From Sarea resinae (lineage: Eukaryota), in NCBI GenBank assembly GCA_026026165.1, contig JAPEUD010000043.1, positions 62,001 to 126,000 on the forward strand: a stretch of 64,000 nt of DNA, given 5' to 3'. The notes below the pieces were generated by a model that was not told the DNA's origin, did not search any database, and saw only the letters and a program-made list of their open reading frames with translations. A program made the translations under genes and the position numbers. Shown in pieces: positions 12,816 through 23,925 of this stretch; position 1 is the stretch's first letter; every line of letters starts with the position of its first letter.

Positions 12816-14838
12816 GCGGTACTGCCGTAGATAGCGTACTGAATCCGGTCAAGGATCAAATCAATGGCTGTCTGTCGTACCTCGTCTCGTCCCTTGACCG
12901 GCATGACGGCTATCGCCATCAGGGATACGATCCGCAAAAAACATCAATTGATGGATCCATCACTGCTGCACCTCTGCACTCGCCGTTCCTTGGTCCGTCG
13001 TACTTCGTACTCGAGTTTTACTTGTCCCGATATTGGGTCGGGCCCGTGTGTCACAACGTGACCCAAATCCGACCCGGGAAGATCCATCTGCCTGTGGTGC
13101 GGCTTGCTGGGGCGCACGAGGTGGACCATCGAGTCCTCGTCCTTGCCCACGACTACGACTACGACCGCGACCACGACCACGGCCACGGCCTCAGTGCTGA
13201 CCGCCAATAGGTCTGAGATCCTATGGATGGCGTAGGTATACAATTGCAGATAAGGTAGCTGGAGGACATTGATGTTTGAGAAGCTTCTCCTCTGAAACTC
13301 GTCCTGGATAGACGTTCACTGTTCATTGGAATTGCATGATGATGAGGTCGATGATAGATCCACGGCTATAGACGAAGAGATGAGAGCCGATCGCCAGCAA
13401 CAGACCGCCACAGACCGCAGAAGAGGGGCACCGAAGGTCTCTTCAACGGCCCTCCAGCCATCTTGATTGGGGGGCATGTGTGATGAAAGGCGCAGACTAA
13501 GGGGAGGCTAGAGGCCGCTTCTGCATGAGCAATACTGGACGGGCCACCCAATGACGGCCCGTAAGCGCCTACGTCAACCCTGGCCCGTCTACGATGAGTA
13601 TTGCCCCCCCTACCCCCTCCTACCACCCCCCCAGAGACATCCATGCGTCTCCGTTCCTGATAGAAGCTCAACCCGCACTTGGGCCACCTTGGGGCCACCC
13701 TGGGGCCACTGGCGATGCTGCTTGCGAGAGCTCGTTGTCGCCGTGTCGCATGTCGCATCGCTCTCGCCAGTCATCGTTGCCCTTTGCTCTGCTCTGCTCT
13801 TCTTTGCTCTTCTGCTTTGCACTATCTCAAGCGCCCGAGGCCACATGAGGCCCCGGCAACCTATCGATGATGCCCTCCGAATCGCTCTTCTCCTCTCCCT
13901 CTCCCTCTCCCTCTCTCTCTTCCCCCCCACCGAACCCATGCTCCACCTCTAGTCCTGCCATACCACCTCAGGCTGGGTTCCTTCCCATCCCGCCCAGGGT
14001 TCGAAGCCTCTCTCATGGCTCGTTCAGTAATGATAGTCAAAAGTACCTAATTCGAGCGATGCTCGTCGTCTAGCCACTTGATGGCCGTGAAGGCTCAGAT
14101 TACGCGCCTTCTCTGACAAGCCGTCTTTCTGCCAATTGGGCCACCTCCAATGCGCAAATCGGAGCTGACTTCGTGATCTTGGCCTTGCTCATGCTAACTT
14201 CCTGCCCCCTCCCCCCACCCCCGGCGCCTCTGATATTGCTACAGCAAGCGCCGGAAGCTTCTTTTCACCGTTGGCGCGCAAGCCTCACCAGCCGATCGAT
14301 GCCTGTGCTCGCATGACAATGCCCTGACCTGCCTTCTCTCTCGCACTCTCTCATCCTCCTCTAGACAGACCTGTCTCTTTTTCTCTTGCTCTCGTGTTCG
14401 AATGAGAATAACCGCCCTCGATCGTCCTCGCTTCTCTCGTGCTGCAGACCATATTCCTATCCGGGCACCTGCAGCTATACGTGCGTCACGGAAGCGTATG
14501 CTAGGCTCACGGCGTGGTCGACCCCTGTAAGATTCCCATGTTGGACCGCAAAGCTTCGACGTCGTACAGACTCGAGAACGCAACTCATCGCATCCTCCCC
14601 GCCGCAGGAGTTCGTCTCTCGTGAGCAGCCAGGGTGGATTGCCCTCTTCTGTCCTATGATCCTTTTAAAAAAGGTTCGTCATTGTCCGTGGTGCCTGGCT
14701 GAAGCCCACTTTGCCGCTGAAGCCTCTGTCGCCGTCGCCGTCGCCGTCGTCGTCGTCATCGTCGTGAGATGGTTGACCATGGCCGAATTACTGACACTTC
14801 GATCCTGGGACAGTAATCGAGCACCTCACTCCGTCGCC

Positions 14839-17800
14839 ATGTCTGCCGAGAGGCTCGGAAGACATCGTTCGGTGTCACAAGGCTCGAAGACTTCCAAGAA
14901 CTCGGGGAGCTCGATGCCACAGATTACTGTCGTGCCGGAGGAAGACGAATTCAGGAACCTGGCCCAACCATGTGCTGCGACAGCTTCGTTCCTACTCTTC
15001 GCCCAAGGTCCCACAATAGTCTGTCTGCATCATGATACCCTGGCGATCGAACGTCGATTCCAACAGCATAGCGACGATGTGGCTTTCATATCCGTGGACA
15101 CTACAAGTGAAAGGGGAGCTGGAAGGCTGGTGGTCAGTTACGATGTTGGTCAAACGGCCATCTTCTGGGATATATACACGGGCGAGGAGATGGCCCGTTT
15201 TGCTTCATACGAGCAAATCCGGGCGGCATCGTGGATGAAGAATGGCATAGTTGCGCTTGGTAGGCATTGACTTTGACACCTTGCCAACTCTTCGATGGCT
15301 TATCGTATTCTAGGCAATTCCCATGGCGAGGTGATTCTCTTTGACCCCTCAAATTCGGAGCATGTATCGGTGCGAACGATCTTTGACCCCATCACTGCAA
15401 TCTCCCCGTCTGGAGATGGCCGTTCATTCGCTTTAGGGTATGAAAGCCCCCCTATATTTGATGGAGTCTCTACTCAGCACTTTTAGGTATATGAATGGCA
15501 CAATATTGATTGCCAATCTTCAGCCAACATTTACGATACTTCAAACGTTGTCTACCGCTCGAGCTCCCTCTCCGATAGTGACTCTGGCCTGGCATGCCTC
15601 CTCGTCCAAACAAACGTCCGAGATGCTGGCGACTCAGACCATGGACGGCGATCTCAGAGTCTGGGCTATCTCAAAACCTGCCAGTGCTGATCCTCCAAGA
15701 GTCATCCGAGTACTCAAGAGAACCGACAATAATCAGCCCGGGCCTAATTGGCTTGCTTGGTCTAAGAATGGGAGGCTTGTGCAATTCTCTGAAGGGTGAG
15801 ATCCCCTCGGTGGCTTGATATGCTGCTGTGAAACATCGAAGTGACTGGATCTGACTGCGTATGAAATTCCTAGGGAGACGTGGTCATGGGATGTTCGAAC
15901 AAAGCACGTGGCCTGCGAGCCAGTACCGACGTTTGATGACGTTCAAGGCATTGCAAACTTTGGCCCGACAGCAACTTTATTCACGCTGCGCTCAGACAAT
16001 ACCGTTCAACAGTTCGAGCTAAGTCCTCCCTCTATGGTGGCAAACGTGAAGATCGATCCGGTAGCGCCGTTACGGGATTCTCGCACCAACAGACAGGAGC
16101 AGAAGGCTTACATTGGCGCCCGTTTGATGCAACAAAGGGCTCGCAGAAATGAGCCGGAAGTTGAGGAGGAGGCTGGTGGTTTGACTCCTCTCGAGAGGAT
16201 AGCGGCGCGAGAGGTAGAGCACTCCCAGAAAAAACGTACGCCTTCACCTGCCACACTAAACCAAGGAGCTGCATCATCCACGGGCTCGAGGTCCGAAGCT
16301 AGCCATCGTCACGGCCAATCTGTCAGCTCTGCCGCTTCGAGGCGCACAGGGAAGTCAAATTCAACAAAGTTCTCATATGGCTCATCCTATCACAGTACCG
16401 CCGTTGACTCCGTGTCTATGGCTAGCTCGTCCACAGCATCAAAGTCTTCACGCCCATCACAAGAGCCATCACGACTTAGAAATGAATTTGTTCCCAGCCC
16501 TCTGTCGCCTGAAAAGGAAGTTGAGTTATTTTCTTATACGAAGGCGAGAATAGGCGATCTCGAGTTCAAGAATCCTCCACAGTATATGGGTTCTCGTCAA
16601 ACGCCTGATGATCTACGAAGGCAAATGCTTAGTTTAGTCTTTGGCTGGGATGGAGATATTCGAGAATTAATTCGGGATGAAAGTTAGTTACGACAAGCAT
16701 TGTTTGATCTTCTGCTGACGTTACAAAGTGGCTCATCACACGAGTGGCTCTTCAAGCGCGATATTGCTCGCAAAATGGCTTGGAGATGAACATGAGGATA
16801 TAATGGCTTCTATGGTAGGGTCAGCATCGATGACTTCTTCGGACTGGATGTTGCTTGCCTTGAGTCAACTCGGCGGCCATTCTTCGACAAAGAAGGTTGG
16901 CCAAACTTTCGTACAGAGACTTTTAGAGAAGGGTGAAGTACATGCTGCAGCTGCCATCCTGATTGGGCTCGGTGATCAGCACGACGCAGTGGAGGTGTAT
17001 GTGACACGGAATTTCTTCCTGTAAGTATCTCACCAGTCTCTCTTGCGGAAAATATGTCCTAATGTTTTGATAGCGAGGCTGTACTTCTCACATGCTTGCT
17101 TTTCCCAACAGATTGGCAACGCCAATCTCACTTAGTCAAGAAATGGGGTGAATACGCGATTGCAGACTCTCAGCATCAACTTGCGATACGATGGTAAGTC
17201 GAATGCCGGGTAAGTGGAGAACTGCTTGATAACCCTGCGACAGTTTTACTTGTACGACAGATGAACCTAGTGTTCCTTGGACATCTCCAAATGCTCAACA
17301 GGCTACTTTCTTTGGCATCCACGAGCAGAGCCATTATGACGTGCTTAGTCCTCCACTGTCTCCTCCAGACCAGAAGCCAGGCATGCCGAATCGATTGACC
17401 GCCAAAAATGCATCCTTGAAGTTGATCACTCAGTTCGATGGGAAGAAGCCCGAGTCAAGAGCGAAGGGCCGGAAGTTGGATGGCGACGATCGTACCCCTG
17501 TGAATATGCCAGGTGTGACGCCCATTGCGGACACTGCAATCGAGTCCATCACTTCAAATGCGCCGTGGCTTAGGCTCCCACACGGCTCTGCCAACCCGTC
17601 CTCTGCTCGAACAATGACCCCGGGGGGCTTCCAACGAAATAGACTTCCCTCTATTGGAGAAACTCCAGCTGACGCGACACCTAATGCCAATCCGAGGACT
17701 GGTGCACTTCCAACTCCTGTAGACTCAGGGTCTGACAAGGAGAGGGAGCTCCGTTCCAATGAGGATACCAAGAGTGGAAAGGGCTCTGAAGAGCCTGTGC

Positions 17801-20340
17801 TGCTTCTAAGTTCTGCCACATATCAGCCAAGCACAGCAAAATCACGGGCTCCTGTATTTGATGACGGAAGGCTTCCATCACCTGGTCCAGCGGCTATTAC
17901 CGCTCTGAGGAATGACCATCGCCAGCGGAACGGTTCAAGAGATCGAATGCCAGACGGACTGAGTCTCGATCCAAATATGATGGTGACGGTGGACTACGGT
18001 TTACCTTCTGCTGACACTCCATCGGATGTTCATGCACGCCGGAACTCGAATGCAATGTCCCAAAACTCAAGCGCTCTATCGCGTTCAGAGACTAGGAGCC
18101 CACTAGGTACGGGGTCTTCATACAATTTCAGGAGCCCTATGACGACCGGGCGGAGCATAGATAACTACATTGACAGCCTGGATGAAGCGAACTATCAATT
18201 CCAGATGCATCATCCAGAGAGCCTTCGCCGTCCTGAGAGTCGGGATAGCCGTCGTCCGACAGATCCTGATACCATATCTATCGGAAAATCAGCAAGCCGT
18301 AACCGTCCCAGGGAAGAATCAAGGGGCCGAAGCGAGAGATCTGGGTATATACGGCCTGCTAAGAGGTCGCCATCATCTCCCGTGCCAATGTCGCCCGAGG
18401 ATATTCAGCGATACTCCCAGCCTTCAGGCGCTGATAAAGGGGAAGACCCTATTGTTCGGCCCTCATCTCGTGTCTCACAGAAAGACAATAGAGGCCGGGG
18501 AACTCTCTCAGGAGAATCTGGCGGTAGAGCTCTGTCAAAGGTCTCTGACATGTCACGTCGCACGGTCAGGAAAGGAACTAGCAAGCAGTCAAGTCGGGCT
18601 ACTAGCAGACGAAGGAGTCCAGATGTTGGCCTCGTCCCGAATACTGGCCGTGGCCGCAGCCATTCAAGGAACAATACCCCGGGCCTTCGCTCGCCCTCAT
18701 CGCCTCTCCCAATGTCCGCTCAAGCCCAGCTGTACCGAGAAGATGATGATAAGAGTGCGGGAGAAGATAGTGAAGACGAGAGAAATTGGGCGAAGCAGAA
18801 TCGACTGCAGTCACGACACAGGAGTAGAAGCAGGCAGACAAACGGTCGCGGTACAAGTGCTCGTCGCGGCCATTCCAATGAACGAAGCACGAAAAGTAGG
18901 AACAGGTCAAGGAGACGGGAAGTGGCAAACGATTCTTTGAAGGAAGAGAAGATAGAATCTTATAGTCAAGTCCGGAAAAAGAAGTCTGACCGGACACTCA
19001 AGAAAGAGCTAGCTGCGCAAGAACTAGCAGATCGGCGCAAGTCTCTAGCTCGACGGCCGTCTGCACCTGCTATCCCTCTCCCTGGCGAATGGTCTAGCAA
19101 CAAACCGTCGAATCACAACCGTTCTGTGACTGACCTAGCTAGTGGCTCGGGCTATAATGAATGGAATGATCCAATTGCAAGGAGCCAGACTGTATCTGCG
19201 GAGGCTATGATGGGCTCCAACACGAGATCTCATCCAGCGACCCCCAGAGCAATGCGACATCCAGGCTATAACTCGGACGACGCCCCAGCGGTCCCTGGCA
19301 TCCCGAGCGACATAGTCGTGCTTCCCCCTCCGATTGACGAGCAGCCGGAGCGAGAAAATGGTTATCCCCGACAATCGCCGCAGTCTTCTTATGTAACTCG
19401 CGATGTGATCTCACGGTCGATTTCTGCGCCAATCCCAGAGCCTTTGGCCCCTCGCCGCGGACAAAACGTCCGTGACGTTCGTGAAGATCTGCCGGTCCAT
19501 CCCGCATATATCCCTGGACTGCCTTCGAGCAGTCGACGAAGAGCCGACTCTCAAGCCGGCAGAAGACCCTCGAGGGATGATGGTCAACAGCGTGCACAGG
19601 GGAGCTATGGAATGTCTCAACAACCGCAGCAGTCAGGATACGCCAATAATGAGCCCTCCTCGCAACCCAGGTTCATTAATGGAATAGAAATCATAGAGGA
19701 GCGGCCTACGTCTCCGCCAGTGCTCGCAGAGCTCCAGCACCTGAGCATGCAAGTCCCGCCTCCGCCACCACCTCCACCAGCGCCACCGGCACCCGATCAT
19801 CTCTCGCGCACAAACTCCACAGGCCACGCCAACACCAATACCAACAGCACAGGCGGTATTGGCGTCATTAGCATTGCCATCGACGACCAACCCCCATCCG
19901 CGTCCACCACGCCAATTTTCCCCCCACCAGCAGAAGACCAACAGTACCGCAGCTCGCCTCTCTCGCACCGCCGCGGCTTTAGTGCCCAAGAGCCCTCCAA
20001 CAACAGCAACAACTTCGGCTCCAAGTTCCGCACCATGACAGACCAATTCCGCACGTCCTCTCGCAACCGCAATCGCAGCGCTAGTCAAAATCGCAGCTCC
20101 GCCACTCGTTCGCCACCCGTGCCGTACGATAGCATGCACATGGGTCTGCCCGGTGGCGGGATGCTGGAGCAGGTGATCCCGCCCTCGCCATCCCAGCAGC
20201 AGTTGCAGATGCAGCAGCAACAATATCCGCAGCAAGTCTCGTCGCCGGTGTCGTCGGTGCAGTATCCACACGATGGCGCGGCCGAAGTCCGGAATCCAAA
20301 GGACATTCGCGCCGCCATGATGCGCGCCGGTATGATCTGA
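14839..20340 (+). CDS. WD40-repeat protein with Gemin5-like TPR/solenoid module and a ~1000-aa Ser/Arg/Pro-rich disordered tail
   Basis: GCCATG at 14839 follows a probable 5'UTR intron acceptor at 14813. WD-type repeats (TAIFWD, LRVWA, TWSWD) run across short GT-AG introns (e.g. 15260-15313). Helical module at ~16730-17250; last exon open to TGA 20340. Confidence 0.85.
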
Positions 20341-20903
20341 TCTGGTTTGAGTTTCGTTGCAGTTCACGATGTCATGAATCTCGTTTTGTTTTCTTCGTCC
20401 TTGCTCGTCTTTGGGCGCTGTTAGCGCCTTTTTGCTCTCCTCTCTCAACCCGGATCTCGCTTCAGCTTTTGTTTCCGCTTCGCTTCTTACTCTCCTTCTC
20501 GAGCGTTCAGTCGATTAGATTGATTTCATCCATCCATCCATCCAGCCAGCCATCTATGGAGCACAGCACCAGCACCAGCGACAGCGACAGCGACAGTGGT
20601 GGTCAACGATCAGCGGATGGGTCATCAGCCCAGTCCAGTCCAGTGCATTCCAACTCGCTTCCGTCCCGGAGAGTCCTTGTATCTTTATATCCCAACATCT
20701 TGATTTTTTTTTTCTTTCATGTATGCGCTTTCTTCTTCTGTTCTGCTTCCCTCTATATGTGTGCGTGTAGTTTTTCGAACTTCTTCAAACGCCTTTCTTG
20801 CGTAAGCACGTACGCATGTACGTCCCTAGGTAGTTGGGTAGTCAAGTTAGCAGGTTGGCTGGTGATCTTTCTAAGAATCCCCACCCTTCTCTTTCTTTTT
20901 TCT

Positions 20904-20942
20904 TTCTTCTTCTTCTTCTTCTTCTTCTTCTTCTTCTTCTTC
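20904..20942. repeat. (TTC)13 microsatellite
   Basis: Read directly. Confidence 0.95.
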
Positions 20943-21544
20943 TTTCGTCGTCTTCAGAGCCGAGTGAGTCATGTTTCGAGTCATTCAGGGTAGGAATAGG
21001 ATCAGGTTTAGGATTAGGGTGGAGAGAGGGATAAGGATCAGGATAGGAGGTAGGGGATAGGATGAAAATCAACTTCAATCAAATCAAATCAAATTCGAGT
21101 CCGAAGAATCTAAATATCCCGCGCATCTGTATACTGTTGATCTTGTTGGTTGAGGGTGCTATCGCGTGCTTGTGTGTGACGATGATGATGACGGTGCTAC
21201 GTACTAAAGAATCACAGACTTGGCAGGTCAAGGTGGCGCGGCGAAAGTTAACATTTCTTTTCTATTTTCCCTTTTTGGTTTCGGGTTGAGGGAGGACCAA
21301 TGATGAATAGGTACATGAGGCCACCCAAAAAGTAAAGACCTGAGATTCCCCGAACCGTATGAAGCTTTGTTTTTGAATGGGTGCGTGAATGAATGAATGA
21401 ATGATTGAATGCATGTAATGAACCAGGGGATCTGTGAATACGGTATCATCATTGCGGTTGTGAGGATAGTAGACATGAAAGCGGAAAGAGAGAGTGATAA
21501 TAGAGACAGAGGAAAGAAAATTAGAAGAAAACATGGTCGTCCCT

Positions 21545-21546
21545 TT

Positions 21547-21596
<50 letters not shown>
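21545..21596. repeat. (TTTC)13 microsatellite
   Basis: Read directly. Confidence 0.95.
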
Positions 21597-21598
<2 letters not shown>

Positions 21599-21711
21599 TT
21601 TATTTTCAAATCCCGCTTGGCGAGATGAAATAGCATAGCACACAATACAGGCGTAGTCAAAATCCCCCGCCCCACGGGTTACTGCGAAATTGTAGCACAG
21701 CACAGCACAGC

Positions 21712-23037
21712 TTACCACCGTCCTCCCCTACCGGCGCCGCCGGGCCTCCGCGCAGAGGCATCGCCATCGAACCCATCACCGCCCCGCTCGCGCTCGACGC
21801 GGGCGTCGAATTCGCGCTGGGCTTCCTCGCGCGCTCGACCTCGGTCTTCGTCGTCGTCTCGCGAGAAGGAGAAGCCGTCGGCTCCTTCGGCACCGGCACC
21901 GGCACCGTTGTTTCTGCGCCCAGAAGAGGGATCCGTCGAGGATGCTGCGTCGCGCCGGATGCGATCCCAAACCGAGCCTGAGCCCGAGGCATCCGAAGAC
22001 GATGAGGATTGGCCGGCCGTCGGGCTGGCGTCGTCGCTGTCGATGCTGTCCGCGAACGAGTCGGAGGAGGAGGAGGAGGAGGAGCGGGACGAGCTCGGCT
22101 GGTTCGGGGCGGCGTTGGCCATTGAGAAGGTCGAGGCGCGCGTGGTGGGGTTCGACGTCTGAGATCGGGGATTTGAGGGCTGGGAGCGAGACTCTTGGGT
22201 GCGCACCGCAGAGTCCGAAAGGACGCCCGTGTCGCTAGTAGGGGAGTCGCCTTTGATATCGTCGTAAAAGCCACCAGAGCTGGGACTCGCGTCGTCGAGA
22301 TCTTGTTGTTGCTGCTGTTGCGCGTACCGGCCGGAGCCCGTCTGCTGGCTTTGCTGCTGCTGCTGCTGGCGCTCCACCGATACAGACGGATACGGTTGCT
22401 GTGAGACGGGCAGTCCCCTCGACGCTCTCGTTGCCCTCTCCCTGATCGCTTCGATCACATCCTTCAGTCTCGGATCACCCTGCTCGCCCACGGCTGCCAC
22501 GACGGCCGCGTACGTTGTGAAGAACCACCCGCCTATCCAACTGCCCATGAACCCGTACGCCGCGCCCCGTAGCCCGTGCCAAAGAATCCTGGCGTTGTTG
22601 CCACGCACATTGAGGAATTTCATCGGATCAAATGTATCCTTGTTGGGCGTGATGAACGGAAAGCGGTACTTCTCAGCCGTGCGAGCGGCCTGGTACAATC
22701 CGCCCGCTAAGCCAAGCGGACGGCCGTATGAGGCGTATGAGATCATTTTGGCAGTGTAGAAGCCAATGGCGTTCATTTCATCTTGAGTCAAGGGCCGCTG
22801 GAGAAGAGCGGATGTGCCTTTGAAGCGGGCGGAGATGGCGAGGCGGATATATGATTCATGGTAGCCGAAGAGAGGGCCGATTATGGGGATGGGGCGGGGC
22901 AGCTCCGAGACATTGACGCGAGTTGAGAGGTCATTGTAGGAGGAGACGTTTGCTGGTTCGGAAGAGTAAGGATCGGAATCTGAGGAAGGAGAGGGATCCG
23001 AGGAAAAGTCGGGGTTGGAGGCTTCTTCGAGGACCAT
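21712..23037 (-). CDS. Hypothetical protein, 441 aa, with two Gly-rich hydrophobic segments and a disordered C-terminus
   Basis: Long single-exon ORF with strong codon bias. Hydrophobic segments PLGLAGGLYQAA and AAYGFMGSWIGGWFFTTYAAVVAA; C-terminal motifs SVWDRIRR and EAQREFDARVERER. Confidence 0.85.
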   Translation of the reverse strand: MVLEEASNPDFSSDPSPSSDSDPYSSEPANVSSYNDLSTRVNVSELPRPIPIIGPLFGYHESYIRLAISARFKGTSALLQRPLTQDEMNAIGFYTAKMISYASYGRPLGLAGGLYQAARTAEKYRFPFITPNKDTFDPMKFLNVRGNNARILWHGLRGAAYGFMGSWIGGWFFTTYAAVVAAVGEQGDPRLKDVIEAIRERATRASRGLPVSQQPYPSVSVERQQQQQQSQQTGSGRYAQQQQQQDLDDASPSSGGFYDDIKGDSPTSDTGVLSDSAVRTQESRSQPSNPRSQTSNPTTRASTFSMANAAPNQPSSSRSSSSSSSDSFADSIDSDDASPTAGQSSSSSDASGSGSVWDRIRRDAASSTDPSSGRRNNGAGAGAEGADGFSFSRDDDEDRGRAREEAQREFDARVERERGGDGFDGDASARRPGGAGRGGRW

Positions 23038-23747
23038 TATGTTGGCGGTTGATGGGAGGTCAAGGGAAGCAAAGCAGTTGTGTTGACCAAGGTCGGGTTG
23101 GCTGCAGCTGAAATATTGGTGGGGTGTTTCTTATGGCGGTGGCATGCAAGAGTGTGAAGCTTTAAAGCTTGAGCAAGTGATGTTCTTGAGGTTCTCGAGC
23201 TCCTTCAAAGGATGGAAGTGTAAGGAAGGGAGTGAGTGGTGGATGAGTAAGTCCTGGATCGGTTGTGGTGGTGGTGATGATGATGATGATGATGGTGATG
23301 AAATGAGCTTGGCTTGGAGTGACGTCTTAGGCCGTCGCTCCCGAGGCGAAAATGTCCCCTCCTCGGGACCTCACTTAGGGCACGGATATCGAGACTGCAT
23401 ATCTATCATCTTACCAGAGTGTAGCCTCGATCGTCCAGATTGCCATCAACAACAGATGATTTTCTTCGCGAATTCAGCTACTTGATTTATGCGATCGATA
23501 AGTGATTAATTAGACGGAAAACCACAGCCAACGAGAATTGCTATGATTGCTATCTAGGTCTAAGGGAGGTACTAGGTAAAGGAGAAGCTATGTAGGTGAG
23601 CTCGAACGCCAAAAGCTTGCCACAGAAATACCACCGTGTCAGGCGGGAGAAGAGGGATAGAAAGGCAAGAAGACGAACAACACCAAAACCGGGCCATGCA
23701 ATGACGTGAGGAACGGAGAGCAAGCAACCCAGGTTCTCTGACTACAC

Positions 23748-23750
<3 letters not shown>

Positions 23751-23840
<90 letters not shown>
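23751..23840. repeat. (AG)45 microsatellite
   Basis: 90 bp of perfect AG repeat just downstream of the taspase stop. Confidence 0.97.
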
Positions 23841-23844
<4 letters not shown>

Positions 23845-23925
23845 CAAGGCAATGACGGAAAACGAGATAAGCCAGAAATCTGCTCGCCACGAGCTATACG
23901 TCCAATGCCTCTTTCCCTATAGGTC

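Noticed and set aside
13998..14008. GGTTCGAAGCC, tRNA T-arm / B-box-like
   Set aside because: No cloverleaf, acceptor stem or A-box around it; not a tRNA.
14386..14838. In-frame open extension upstream of the WD40 gene
   Set aside because: Non-protein-like, and contains GTAAGA donor, CTGAC branch and CAG (14813) acceptor of a probable 5'UTR intron.
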